From NCBI GenBank assembly GCA_951406725.2, contig OX597837.1, positions 29,698,001-29,762,000 on the forward strand: a stretch of DNA of 64,000 nt. Direction: 5' to 3'. This stretch comes from Octopus vulgaris. Taxonomy: Eukaryota. This document shows positions 35,711-49,330 of the stretch, piece after piece; position 1 is the first letter of the stretch, and every line of letters starts with the position of its first letter. The translations under genes and the position numbers were made by a program. The notes beneath the pieces were generated by a model. That model was not told where the DNA came from. It saw only the letters and a program-made list of their open reading frames with translations, and searched no databases.

Positions 35711-36904
35711 GGTTTACCAATTAAACCTTTAGCATTTAAACCAGCCCTAATATTTTGCCCGTTTTATGCTCAAACTTGCCAGATCCGATCTCTCATACCA
35801 ATCCCATATTCTGAAAATAAGCAATCACATCATTGGTATCTTGAAGCTACAAGATAACACACGGGTTATTCAATATGAATAAATAAGCATCATATTTGGG
35901 GCTGAGTAATTTTTTATGGGTTTTTTTTTCCACTTTACTTTCTGTAAAAATTGTTATTGACAGACATTTATTTACCTGGACACGTGTGTTTTTTCAACAA
36001 TTTTTAATTAATTTTTTTTAAAAATTTTCAGCTGTCATTGTTTTGTCCAAAGTTAGCCCATACTCAGCAGATCTATAATCAAGCCATGAATAATCTGCTT
36101 TTTGTTTTTAAGACACACTTCAAGCCATCAAAGAATATATTATCTATGAGCTATTACACTTTTTTTTAAAGATGGCAGCATGTGATTTAAGGATTTAAGA
36201 GAGATCTAGCTGCTATTTCTGGCATGTTGTGTGACCACATAGAGACTCCCTCACTAATTTGAGGACTTCAAAAGAAACTTTTTTCTTTATGTAGAGCAGA
36301 CTATAATCAAAGATTTACCATCCATAGCCATTGTATCTCTTAGACCAGATTAGCCAAAGTAACCCTTCCATTTTTGAGATGGCAGGATCAAATTTGAGGG
36401 AAATTTGGTTGCTATTTCTACTAGGTTGAATGACAGTATAGTGACTCTTTCGCTGGTTTCATGTTTTTCATGAATTTTTTTTTTTTTTTTGTGTGATTTT
36501 CTAACATTTTATAATGAAGTTGCTATCAAAGAGACAGTATGTGTGTGTGCCTTGTACTTGAAGTCTTTCTCTAACTTCCCGTCTTCATCCAAAAGATTTG
36601 TCAACACAGTCAGATGGACTGGAAAGTTAAGAGTTTAGAAAATGAACCCCAGCATCTCTTTCATTGCCTTACCCCTTACCTCAGCTGATGCTGTCTCTGG
36701 TTTCTGTTATTCTTCATTCATTCATTCCAAATCTGTATTTTCTTTCCTGTCAACTTGAATGAATGGATTTTGTTTACCTCTGGAGGTGGAAATTTCCAGT
36801 GTTTAGTAACATCAAGATAAGTTATTGACTTTTTTGAGTACAGTGCATGCTGTGGTACTCACATATCATAACTAATTTTTGTGTACTTTACTGTCCCAAA
36901 AGAA

Positions 36905-36914
36905 AATAAATAAA
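36905..36914 (+). terminator. Candidate TFAM polyadenylation signal
   Basis: Overlapping AATAAA hexamers followed ~35 nt later by a T/GT-rich tract; implies a ~1.2-kb 3' UTR. Confidence 0.5.
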
Positions 36915-38370
36915 ATTTGTATAAAAATATCAAATACAGTCAATATTTTTTTGTTTTTGTTTCAAAATAACTTTTAACTTTACAATTGGTTGTGTGGATA
37001 AGATGTTTGCTTCCCAACCATATGGTTTCAAGTTCAATTCCACAGCATGGCACCTTGGGCAGGTGTCTTCTATTAAAGCCTTATTTCATATTGTTTCTTT
37101 ACTGCTTACAAGGGGCGACACAGAGAGGAGATAAACAAGGACAGACAAATGGATTAAGTTGATTATATCGTCCCCAGTGCGTAACTGGTATTTATTTAAT
37201 CGACCCTGAAAGGATGAAAGGCAAAGTTGACCTGAAAGACTGAAAGAAGCCCATTATATATATATATATGTGTGTGCATATCATTATCTAGACATCATGT
37301 GATGGTTTTAAACATGCATCATCATTGTCATACAAAGTTGCTGGTTTCCAACCTTCCATGAAAACATGTTTGACTACAAGAAAATATCATGCTTGGAAAC
37401 AACTAAGGGTTGGGAACAGGAAGGGCATCCAGCTGTACAAATTCAGTAATTTCCTCTTGATCCATGCAAACAGGGAAAAGTCGATGTTAAATTATAACAT
37501 TTGGTTCGTCTAAGGTGGCGAGCTGGCAGAATTGTTAGCACACAGGGCGAAATGCTTAGCAGTATTTCGTCTGCCGTTACGTTCTGAGTTCAAATTCTGG
37601 CAAGGTCGACTTTGCCTTTCATCCTTTCGGGGTCGATTAAATAAGTACCAGTTACGCACTGGGGTCGATATAATCGACTTAATCCGTTTGTCTGTCCTTG
37701 TTTCTCCTCTCTGTGTTTAGCCCCTTGTGAGTAGTAAAAAAATAGGTATTTCATCTGTCGTTACCTATCAATCCTATCAGGGTTGATAAATCAAGTACCA
37801 GTTGCATACTGGGATCAATCTAATTTACTGGCCTCCTCCCCAAAAATTTCAGGCCTTCTGCCTAGAGTAGAAAAGAATATTTGATTCATCTCTTTACATT
37901 CTGAGTTCAAATCCCACCATGATTAACTTAGCCTTTCATCTTTTGGAGTCAATTTTGACTAATCCTCTCCCTTTAAAATTGTTGGCCCTTGAGCCTAAAT
38001 TAGAAACTGAATGCACTTTTCAGATCTTCTGTGGCCCACTTTTCTTTGCGTTTTATTCCAGTAGAGTCAGCAAAAAATCTAAATACCAGTAATATACTGC
38101 GTCATATCAATTGACCACATACACATCCTGTTCTCTACAAATTTCCAGGTTTTGTGAAAACACGAGAAATCAATATTTATTGTTGGTGCCTACCTAATGA
38201 GTGGAATGACTAAAACTATAGCATACCCGATAGTACACCAATTTATCTCACTTTGAGATGTGAGTTCAAATCCAGCTGAGATAGGTTTAATTTTTTATTC
38301 CTTCAGGACCAATAAAAGACACATCAGGCAATACTCTGTTGTAGATTCAGCTGAATATTACTGTTGCTGT

Positions 38371-38743
38371 GTGGAGGCGCAATGGCCCAGTGGTTAAGGC
38401 AGTGGAATCGCGGTTTCGATTCCCAGACCGGGCGTTGTGAGTGTTTATTGAGCGAAAACACCTAAAGCTCCACGAGGCTCCGGCAGGGGATGGTGGTGAT
38501 CCCTGCTGTACTCTTTCACCACAACTTTCTCTCTCACTCTTACTTCCTGTTTCTGTTGTACCTGTATTTCAAAGGGCCGGCCTTGTCACTCTCTGTGTCA
38601 CGCTGAATATCCCCGAGAACTACGTTAAGGGTACACGTGTCTGTAGAGTGCTCAGCCACTTACACGTTAATTTCATGAGCAGGCTGTTCCGTTGATCGGA
38701 TCAACCGGAACCCTCATCGTCGTAACCGACGGAGTGCTTCCAC
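38371..38743 (+). mobile_element. SINE family C
   Basis: 11-bp TSD ACTGTTGCTGT. Confidence 0.9.
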
Positions 38744-40276
38744 ACTGTTGCTGTCTTCTTCTTCTAATCAGGACTCATGCCATTAGCCACAAAGAATAAT
38801 CTCTAATTTGAGCCTACTCTAAGCTACTAAGAATGCGTGTGGCAACTTGAAGATCCACCCACCACACGCGATAGACTGGCGGTTGCACGAGCGCGAAAGC
38901 TACGTTATTATCCTCATTCTGAAGGCGGCGAACTGGCAGAAACGTTAGCACGCCGGATGAAATGCCTAGCGGTATTTCATCTGCCGCTACGTTCTGAGTT
39001 CAAATTCCGCCAAGGTCGACTTTGCTTTTCATCCTTTCGGGGTCGATGAAATAAGTACCAGTTACGCACTGGGGTTGATATAATCGACTTAATCCGTTTG
39101 TCTGTCCCCTTCGTGTTTAGCCCCTTGTGGGTAGTAAAGAAATAGTTATTATCCTCATTCCGTAAACGGTGACTTTTAATGGGTGGAGAGCTGAACCATC
39201 CTGGGGTACAGAGGACTCGCATTCTAGACTAGGATCTCTAAGTTTACCACACCATAGTGGGTTACACCATGGTTCCTCTGCTTTGTGGCAGAAATAGGAA
39301 GAAAGAATGAGAGAAAGATGTGGTGAAAGAGTATAGCAGGGTTCACCACCGGAGCTTAGATGTTTTTGCTCAATAAACACTCACAATGCCCGGTCTGGGA
39401 ATCGAAACCGTGTTCTTACGTCTGCGAGTCTGCTGCTCTAACCACTGGGCCACTGCGCCTCCACATTGTTGCTGTTGCTGCTACTACACTACTACTCTAG
39501 AGAAGTTATTGGATTTGTGCCAACATAAGAAGCAATTATATATCTCAAACATTGTTGAATCACAAAAGATTGTATTTTCAGATTCCTCATTTGCCAAATT
39601 TCTGCAGATTACTTCCGTCTAGACGTTCGGTTAAGTGTTGTTGTCATTGGATAAAAACAGTATTTTGCCAGAACTTTATGAAGATGCTTTCAAATGAGAA
39701 ATGACAACTGCCTAAATCTACTTCCTCTCTTCAGTTCATTCTTCACATTTCTCCTGCAGCTGTCAGCTAATTTACCAACCACATGGTTCCGGGTTCAGTC
39801 CCACTGCGTGACTGACACCTTAGGCAAGTGTCTTCTACTATAGCCTGAAGAATTTAGTAAAATAACTTTGTCATCATTAAGATGGTATTTGGAATATAAA
39901 TTAACATGTAATTTATGTAAGGTTATCATAATGATTTCCTTTAAAACAGGAAATTTGTATCATACAACCAGGTGGTCTCAGGTAAGGGTTAAAAGGTTTA
40001 AAAAAAACAACAAAAAAACAAATAATCTTATCATTCAGAACAGTCTTGGGGCGTTGTGTGTTTATTGAGCGAAAACACCTAAAAGCTCTACGAGGCTCCG
40101 GCAGGGGGTGGTGGCGACCTCTATTGTACTCTTTCGCCACAACTTTCTATCACTCTCTCTTCCTGTTTCTTGAGTAACACTGCGATGGCCTGGCGTCCCG
40201 TCCAGCTGGGGAGGGAAAATATATGCCACAGAAACTGGGCCCATGAGCCTGGCTAGATTTGAAAAGGGCAACTCTC

Positions 40277-40661
40277 TTTACTCTTTTACTTGTTTGTTAT
40301 TTGACCGCGGCCATGCTGGAGCACCGCCTTTAATCGAGCAACTCGACCCCGGAACTTATTCTTTGTAAGCCCAGTACTTACTCTATCGGTCTCTTTTGCC
40401 GAACCGCTAGGTGATGGGGACGTAAACACACCAGCTTCGGTTGTCAAGCAATGCTAGGGGGACAAACACAGGCATACACATATATATATATATACATATA
40501 TACAACGGGCTTCTTTCAGTTTCCGTCTACCAAATCCACTCACAAGGCTTTGGTCAACCCGAGGCTATAGTAGAAGACACTTGCCCAAGGTGTCAGTCAC
40601 GCAGTGGGACTGAACCCGGAACCATGTGGTTGGTAAACAAGCTACTTACCACACAGCCACT
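40277..40661 (-). mobile_element. SINE family A
   Basis: Reverse copy. Confidence 0.88.
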
Positions 40662-40800
40662 CATCATTTTTATGATTAATTCAATGCAATATGAATAAAT
40701 AAGCATTACATTCGACAGTAATCTTAATGCGAAAGGGTTAAATTCCACTGAGGTTGTCTTTGCCTTTCATCTTTGAGGAAGCAAATACAAGTTGAGCGGT

Positions 40801-41178
40801 GGAGGCGCAATGGCCCAGTGGTTAGGGCAGCGGACTCGCGGTCGTAGGATCGCGGTTTCGATTCCCAGACCGGGCATTGTGAGTGTTTATTGAGCGAAAA
40901 CACCTAAAGCTCCACGAGTCTCCGGCAGGGGATGGTGGTGATCCCTGCTGTACTCTTTCACCACAACTTTCTCTCACTCTTCCTGTTTCTGTTGTACCTG
41001 TATTTCAAAGGGCCGGCCTTGTCACTCTCTGTGTCACGCTGAATATACCCGATAACTACGTTAAGGGTACACGTGTCTGTGGAGTGCTCAGCCACTTGCA
41101 CGTTAATTTCACGAGCAGGCTGTTCCGTTGATCGGATCAACCGGAAACCTCGTCGTCGTAACCGACGGAGTGCTTCCA
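40801..41178 (+). mobile_element. SINE family C
   Basis: Full-length tRNA-like head and body. Confidence 0.9.
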
Positions 41179-42027
41179 AAAACAAGTGGAGCACCAGGGT
41201 TGATGTAATTGACTTATAATCTCCACTGAAAATGGTGACCTTGGGCCAAAATTTAAAAGCAATATAAAGAACATTACTGAAACCCTTCAAGATGGTTGCA
41301 GTCCAACAATGGGAACCAGTAAAAGAATAAAAAAGAAAAAAAAAAAAAAAAGATCATAAAAAAGACATTTTTCTAATGTTTTAATTTTTTTAATGATTTT
41401 CCAGAAAGGGAAAAGAAAATGGTGGTAGTAGCAGTTGTAGTATTAATAATAATAATAATAATAATAATAATCATAATCATCTGTCCACATTTTTATTATA
41501 TACATCATGAATTGACAATGTGTTTTTTATTGTTTAAACATGTTTTTTTTTTTTTTTTGTTTTTTTTGTTTTTTAACAATCGCATTACGATTCCGTTGCT
41601 CCCACCGGTACCAACTAAAACTTCCCAGAAGTTCTGAATATTTGGTCAAAAAGAAATTATTTATTTATTTATTTACAAGAGGTATATTTTTCCTTTCCTT
41701 TTTCTTTCGTTTTTTTTTCTTTCTTTTTTGTTTTTTTTTTTTTTTTTTTTTGCATGAAATGAGACAATTTCTTTACAGCAAATTTACCAGCCAAACTGCA
41801 AATTCAATGTGGAAAAGGAAAAAAATAAAATTATTTAAAAAAAAAACCCATTGAAATATTTTTTGCGTAAACCAACGACAGTTGCTTTTGTTAGTTTCTT
41901 TTCAAGTTACAATTTATACACAACTTATCCAAAATTGGAAAAAAAATGTTATATATATATATATATATACACACACATATATATAGATATATGTGTGTGT
42001 ATATCATACACACACACAACATGTGTA

Positions 42028-42072
<45 letters not shown>

Positions 42073-42852
42073 GTGTATCATATCAGTAAAACATAAATCT
42101 GAAATATATATATATATATATACATACATACACACACATGCATGCATACATACATAGGACTCTTAATCTCAATACAAGTAGGGGTTGGATAGTTACAGCT
42201 TATAAACATTATCCATGGTCAGGTGACATCCCTGACACTCACCCTAACGTCTCCCTTAAAAGTAGAACCAGTGAGGGACCACCTGACCTCAATAGTTCTG
42301 CGACTTTAACCAGGAACCACATGAGCCGCTGATACAACTTCAACCACATCGATCGACTTGCTTGATGTAGTATGTAAATTGTTCAACAAATTCTCCAGGG
42401 CTTCGTGCTCGAAGTCCTTAAATCTCAGAATTTAAAATGTCCCCTCCTCTCCTTCCTCGGCAATAAAATTGTAATGGCCACAGCCAAAAACTGATGGCTA
42501 CTATATATTTGATATGCATGACTTGTGGTCTCTCTGTTAAAGGCTTGTTCACAGCAGGGCTTAGCTGACTAGATGCTACTCAATAATAATAATAATAATA
42601 ATTATCACTCAACAAGTAGAATTAAGTGCTTGATTTGTTACTTGACAAAATATAAAAATATAGAGTTATTAGACAATGCACCTTTCCCAATACAAGACGG
42701 GTGGTCACAGAGGATTGGTAAGAGGGGCATTGCCAAAGAGACAAATGGTGCAAAAATAGACCGTCATTTGTAAACTCGGCCTTGCAGATCATCAACAGTA
42801 AATGTTAGATACCGACAGGGCTGACCTTAACAACAAGGTATCTACATGAGGG

Positions 42853-43360
42853 AGATTTCGACAAGAGAGTACCTGCATAAGGCAGATTTCGACAAGAGAG
42901 TGCCTGCATAAGGCAGATTTCGACAAGAGAGTGCCTGCATAAGGCAGATTTCGACAAGAGAGTGCCTGCATAAGGCAGATTTCGACAAGAGAGTGCCTGC
43001 ATAAGGCAGATTTCGACAAGAGAGTACCTGCATAAGGCAGATTTCGACAAGAGAGTACCTGCATAAGGCAGATTTCGACAAGAGAGTGCCTGCATAAGGC
43101 AGATTTCGACAAGAGAGTACCTGCATAAGGCAGATTTCGACGAGAGTGCCTGCATAAGGCAGATTTCGACAAGAGAGTGCCTGCATAAGGCAGATTTCGA
43201 CAAGAGAGTACCTGCATAAGGCAGATTTCGACAAGAGAGTACCTGCATAAGGCAGATTTCGACAAGAGAGTACCTGCATAAGGCAGATTTCGACAAGAGA
43301 GTACCTGCATAAGGCAGATTTCGACAAGAGGGTGCCTGCATAAAGCAGATTTTGACAATA
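42853..43360. repeat. 31-bp minisatellite, about 16 copies
   Basis: AGATTTCGACAAGAGAGT(A/G)CCTGCATAAGGC; one unit has a 3-bp deletion near 43141. Confidence 0.97.
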
Positions 43361-44855
43361 GAATCTGTTAGAGTGCAAAATTGGAACAAACCCTGCGAAA
43401 TATTCAGCTTGGTTGTCTAATGACCCCCTACTTTTAGTCTGACAAAATACACTTTGCTTTGTTTATGGCTCTTCGCTTTCAGTCTTATCATTGAAATTGC
43501 TATTTTAAATAGTCAGACATAACTTCTTTTGAACTTGGAATATACATGTGTATATATATAGGACTTTAGTCCTAGCACAAAAAAAAACTTAGTACTTTTA
43601 TTAGCAAGATCCATGAAATAAAGTGATTGGTGATAGTAAATAAATTTGGCCACGACAATTTCAATGTATTCCCAACATCATGGAGACATGGCTTCTCAGC
43701 CATAACGAAGGCTACATCTGTAAGAAGTTGGGTACTATGAACAACACCGACAGCAAGAAAAAAGGGGTCTGTGTTAACTGCATGGAGGAGATGAGGGTTA
43801 TAGAAGCTGCAGCGAGGGCAGCTGATCCAGGAGAGCAGTAACTTTGAATAAAATCTTATACACTACAAAGCGGACCAGAGGTTTTGGTCCCAGCAGATAA
43901 CCTCTAGGTCTGGCAGCACGGTATAATATACCCAGTCCATGCTGTGCAGTGGTTGCTACAAGGAAGGGTTTCCAACTGGAAAAAATCACGAAAAAAAAAA
44001 AATGATATACTGGAATAGATCTGTCCAACCCATGTCAGCATGGCAAAGCAGACATCAAATGATATGTAGACTAAATATAGAGAAACCCCATGTGTGTGTA
44101 TATAGATGTATGTATATGCGTATATATAGGTATGTATGTATGCATGCATGCATGCACATGCACTTTATGTAATAAAACCCAAGTTTATAATAGTTAAACC
44201 CCTCTCCTGTAATAGATGCAAAGACAAAAGAAGAGAACCACACAAAAAAATGTTACTGGTTACAGCCACAATAGAAACAGAACAGACTGCTTCTGAAGGA
44301 GAGAGAGAGAGCCAGACAGAGTGTGTGTGGCTATTGAAAGGAAGTTCGTACTTTCCTTTAAATGTCTAAGTATCAAACATAAGCAAAACAAAAAACCATT
44401 TCCCTCAACACCACTACTATAGTAATTTAGGAACCAAAGTATATTTGTTTGCAGATTTCAGCCATTAGACTGTGACCTTGCTAGAGCACTGCCTCTATAT
44501 ATTTTTAGTAATTCTACCCTCCCCAGCAACTAGAATTTATTTCATCCATGATACTATTGAAAAATGACCATGTCAGACTCAACTTACAGATGATATATCT
44601 TCTACATTACAATACATATTTCGTGGTATTTGTTGGTGTTCCTACATTTACAGTGGAGCTCAGTTTCTTTTTTTTTTGGAGTGGGGGTAGGTGAAAGGTG
44701 TGTGTGATAAAACATTCTTCAAGTTAGTCCTGTTATTTAATCTAAGATTCCACAACAGATAATTATTAAACATTTAAGATTAACAAGGAAGTATTAATCA
44801 ACTGATGCTAAGAAAAGTGTCAACGATCATAGAGACCCCAATTTTTCCCCAAATG

Positions 44856-45145
44856 TTAGTTAGTTAGTTAATTTTTTGGCTCAAAAAGCAAAAAGCAAGG
44901 CCATGTAGGGAGACATGGAGTTATGTACAGGGTGGTGTTCATGTAAAGAGTTCAGGCCACTTGTGGTCAAGGGAGACTTTGAACCGAGCGGTCGTCGGCA
45001 TCTTCACTATCTCGACCGGCAGCTTATTCCACGGATCCGTAACCCGGACAGAGAAAGCCCCTCTCCTTCGATTGAGATGAAATCAGCGCAGATAGTGCTT
45101 TTCGGAGTGACCCCGCAGCCGACGCTCTGGAGCAGGAGTGAAGAA
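44856..45145 (-). mobile_element. CR1-type LINE 3' end with (TAAC)n tail
   Basis: RGHSEK..FSVRVTDPWNKLPVEIVKMPTTARFKVSLD; related copy on + at about 60360-60525. Confidence 0.82.
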
Positions 45146-46206
45146 TGTTGTGTGAAGCATTTAGTCAAGAGAGGATGTCAACCAGAGAAAGATTTGGAAT
45201 TGGTACCTTCCGTTGGTTTGGCACTGTAGGGTATTGGGGGCGTACGTTATTTTACCATTAAATCTGCTAGCTTCTACGACATTATTGTAGTAAGGGGCTG
45301 CCTCACCACAGATTTCCTTATTCAGAGACAAACTAGAAATTGTTTTACAGATACACACTAACTTGCACACATATGCTGAAGGTGTGTGGTGTGGCCTACT
45401 GGTTGAGGCACTGCACTCACAGTTGCAAGGTCATGGTTTCAGTTCTTGTGCAAAACACTTCATTTCATGGTGCTCCAGTCAACCCAGCTGTAGATAGGCA
45501 GTTCTGTGCTGGACTGACATGCCATTCAGAGGTAATATCAGTCTGCTTGCTTAACCAGTGGGGTGACATCATTCAAAGGCTGTAACAATGTGAGGTTATA
45601 CATTATGGCCAGTGGTGTGTAACGACACCTGGCAATTATGGCCAGTGGTGTGTAACGACACCTGGCAATCTAGTCAATATAGTCATCCATCTTAATATAC
45701 AAAATACTTAAGTCATATTTTAACTTTCTGTTGGTTAGTTTTCCCTTTTCTGTCATGATGGATAGCAAAAACAGAAGTAGTGGTGAGAGAGTTAAAGAGA
45801 GAGAAAGGAAGAAAGTATTACAGAGAGGGGTCGATAAGACAGATAAGAGACAGGAAAGGAAGGTAGTCAGCAGTTTGTGAGACAGGCAGTCATGTGAACA
45901 GACAGTTAAATATGGAGAAAGAAAGAGAGAGACTAAGAAAAAAGTAAGAGAGGAAGAGACAGCATGAATAAGAAAGGAGAGGTGGATGAAGAAAGATAAA
46001 ACCCTAGAATAGAGATGAGGGAGTTGATGAAGTAATGTAATAGAGGTATAGAGAGTGAATGAAAGATAGAAAGAATGAGAGGAGGAAATTTGTGGATGGT
46101 ATTGAAGTGTGTGGGGGAGGAACATGGTGGAATAGATGTAGGGAAATTAAGAAAAAGGGATCAAGACAGAATTTGATCAAGAGAGAAAAAAAGAGGGCAT
46201 AGTGTA

Positions 46207-46246
<40 letters not shown>

Positions 46247-46249
<3 letters not shown>

Positions 46250-46620
46250 TTTACTTGTTTCAGTCATTTGACTGCGGCCATGCTGGAGCACCGCCTTTAA
46301 TCGAGCAGCTCGACCCCGGGACTTATTCTTTTGTAAGCCCAGTACTTATTCTATCGGTCTCTTTTGCCGAACCGCTAAGTAACAGGGACATAAACACACC
46401 AGCATTGGTTGTCAAACAATGCTAGGGGGACAAACACAGACACACACACGCATATATATATATATATATATACGACGGGCTTCTTTCAGTTTCCGTCTAC
46501 CAAATCCACTCACAAGGCTTTGGTCGGCCCGAGGCTATAGTAGAAGACACTTGCCCAAGGTGCCACGCAGTGGGACTGAACCCTGAACCATGTGGTTGGT
46601 AAACAAGCTACTTACCACAC
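46247..46620 (-). mobile_element. SINE family A (slightly 5'-truncated)
   Basis: Reverse copy. Confidence 0.9.
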
Positions 46621-47188
46621 AACACACACATAATTATGTAGTTTGCTTACTAATATATATATATATAAATATATAAAGGAAATACGCTGAAGTACGTGGA
46701 TTAGTAAGTACAATAAGAGAGAAAGTAAATGGAGGTTAAAAAAAAAATAACCACTGAAAGGGGACGGGATGAAACACAAGAAAAAGGGCTGAAGCAGAGC
46801 CTTTAAAAAATTACTGAAACAGAAATAAAACCAGTCATTTTTGACAGGTAATACACGCATATGTATGTGTAAACACATATCCTTAAGAGATATATATACA
46901 CAAATGCACATACACACATCTGTCATGCTTATACACATTTAAAAGAATGAATAAAAAAAAAAAAAGAAACCCACCCTTATACATACATACATACATATAT
47001 AGATATATATATATATATATACATATATATACATATACATATATACATATACATATATACATATATATACATATATACATATACATATATACATATACAT
47101 ATATATACATATATACATATACATATATACATATACATATATATACATATATACATATACATATATACATATACATATATACATATAC

Positions 47189-47219
<31 letters not shown>

Positions 47220-47933
47220 GTTTAAAAAATATATTACAAATCACCTAAAAGTGAGACGCACAAGGAAGAGAGGGAATCTGAGCAAATATTGCATGAAAGG
47301 GAAAAAGGGGTGAAAACACATGACTAATTAACACCATGGCTTGGGTAACTTGGTAATTTTGGTGGGGCTCTCTCTGATGTAAACATTTGGGACCAGACCT
47401 CTGGTCTGAAGACCCTTTACTCTCTTCGGTTATAGAGAGTCTGATAAGAGTCATGGTCACGCAACACCCTTCCTCAAATAAATAAATATGTAAATGAAAT
47501 AAAATTAGAAATTGCAAAAAAATATATTACATTGTTTTTTAAGAGAAAAGATATAGGCTGCGACCTTCACCCAGTTCCCCCTTTGTCACAAACAAGTAAG
47601 GGTCATACTGTTTTTTGTTTGCGATGTTCCTCAGACAAGTTGAAAATCACTTCAGAGAGAATCATTTCAACAAGGAACTGGCAGCAGTGATTGAGACAAA
47701 CTGTTTTTTCTTTCGTTTTGCATGAATTTCATACAGATCCCTAAACAGTCACACACACACACATATATATATATATATGTATACACACTCACATACTTAT
47801 ATACATATAGATACAGTTTAAATAAAATGAAAAAAAAAAACAAAAAAACCAACAAACAAACAATGGACTTAAAATCGAAAAGGAGATTAAAATGAAAATA
47901 TTTAAAATTAAATAAATAAAGCCGTTTAAAGTG

Positions 47934-48105
47934 TTAACGATCAACACCGGTGTCCAAGCCAAGCATTTGCTTTGCTGTTTCGTAAGTGGCAAAAGACACA
48001 GCCACAGTAGGGATGACTCGAATGTAATTGACAGTAAGTCCTCGGAACAATCCATTGCTGACTCCATCTTCCCGGTATATGACCAACAATGTTCGCAGCC
48101 AACCT
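47934..48105 (-). CDS. SLC25A16: Mitochondrial carrier SLC25A16 (Graves disease carrier / CoA transporter), last exon
   Basis: CAG|A GWLRTLLVIYREDGVSNGLFRGLTVNYIRVIPTVAVSFATYETAKQMLGLDTGVDR*. Confidence 0.93.
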
Positions 48106-48204
48106 CTGGCAAAAGAAAAATTACAAAAATCACACACATAATTATGTAGTTTGCTTACTAATTAATTAATTAATTATCAAAATAATTCTCTTTCTCTCTC
48201 TTTC

Positions 48205-48531
48205 TCTTTTACTTGTTTCAGTCATTAGACTGCGGCCATGCTGGAGCACCGCCTTTAATCGAGCAAATTGACCCCGGGACTTATTCTTTGTAAGCCCAGT
48301 ACTTATTCTATCGGTCTTTTTTGCCGAACTGCTAAGTGACGGGGACACAAACACACCAGCATCGGTTGTCAAGCAATGCTAGGGGGACAAACACAGACAC
48401 ACAAACACATACATATACATATATATACATATATACAACGGGCTTCTTTCAGTTTCCGTCTACCAAATCCACTCACAAGGCTTTGGTCGGCCCGAGGCTA
48501 TAGTAGAAGACACTTGCCCAAGGTGCCACGC
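48205..48531 (-). mobile_element. SINE family A (5'-truncated)
   Basis: Reverse copy. Confidence 0.88.
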
Positions 48532-48915
48532 ATTACCAACAACATTTATTTAATTAGTTATTCTACATTTGAATTAAAAATTTAGGATACAAGCCTTCAC
48601 AACCCACTGCCTATTGCCACCTTTGTACCCCTTTACATTCCGAGTTCAAATTCCGTCAAGGTCAACTTTGCGTTTCATCCTTTCGGATGAGAACAAGTAC
48701 CAGCTAAGCACTGGGGTCGATGTAATTGACTTTCCTCTCCCCTCAAAAATTGCTGGTTCTGTACCAAGATTTGAAATCATTATTTAAAGACATGGTTTTG
48801 TTTACTTATGGAGGAATCAAGCTGATATGGACTCAGGTTATATAACATCCAGGATACTATTAAAGACAGATCAGTATTTGATCATAATTCAACCAGTATA
48901 CTATTGATCAATATT

Positions 48916-49330
48916 TATGTTTCTGTTGTTGTATTTCGGAATTGTCATTTTGCCAGTTTAGCCAATAAAAACACACTCACTATATATTTGGTGTTACTTC
49001 GCTTCAGTGTTATTGGCTAAACTGGCAAAAATGACCATTCCGAAATACAACAATGTCTGTTTCAACACACGACTTCACATAAAAAATCTTGCACAACAAA
49101 TATATAAACGTAAAAAATATGTTGCTGTTGTATTTCGGAATGGTCATTTTGCCAGTTTAGCCAATAAAAACACACGCACTATATATTTGGTGTTACTTCG
49201 CTTCAGTGTTATTGGCTAAACTGGCAAAATGACCGTTCCAAAATACAACAATGTCTGTTTCAACACACAACTTCTCATAAAAAATCTTGCACAACAAATA
49301 TATAAATGTAAAAATATGTTGCTGTTGTTA
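48916..49330. repeat. Tandem dimer (~200-bp period) of a palindromic MITE-like unit
   Basis: TGTTGTATTTCGGAATGGTCATTTTGCCAGTTTAGCCAATAA...TTATTGGCTAAACTGGCAAAATGACCATTCCGAAATACAACA (consensus) occurs twice. Confidence 0.88.

Noticed and set aside
40801-40875. tRNA gene
   Set aside because: It is the tRNA-like head of SINE C, followed by the SINE body and present in several copies, some with TSDs.
42792-43389. Three overlapping 178-194-aa repeat proteins
   Set aside because: Artefact of a stop-free 31-bp tandem repeat.
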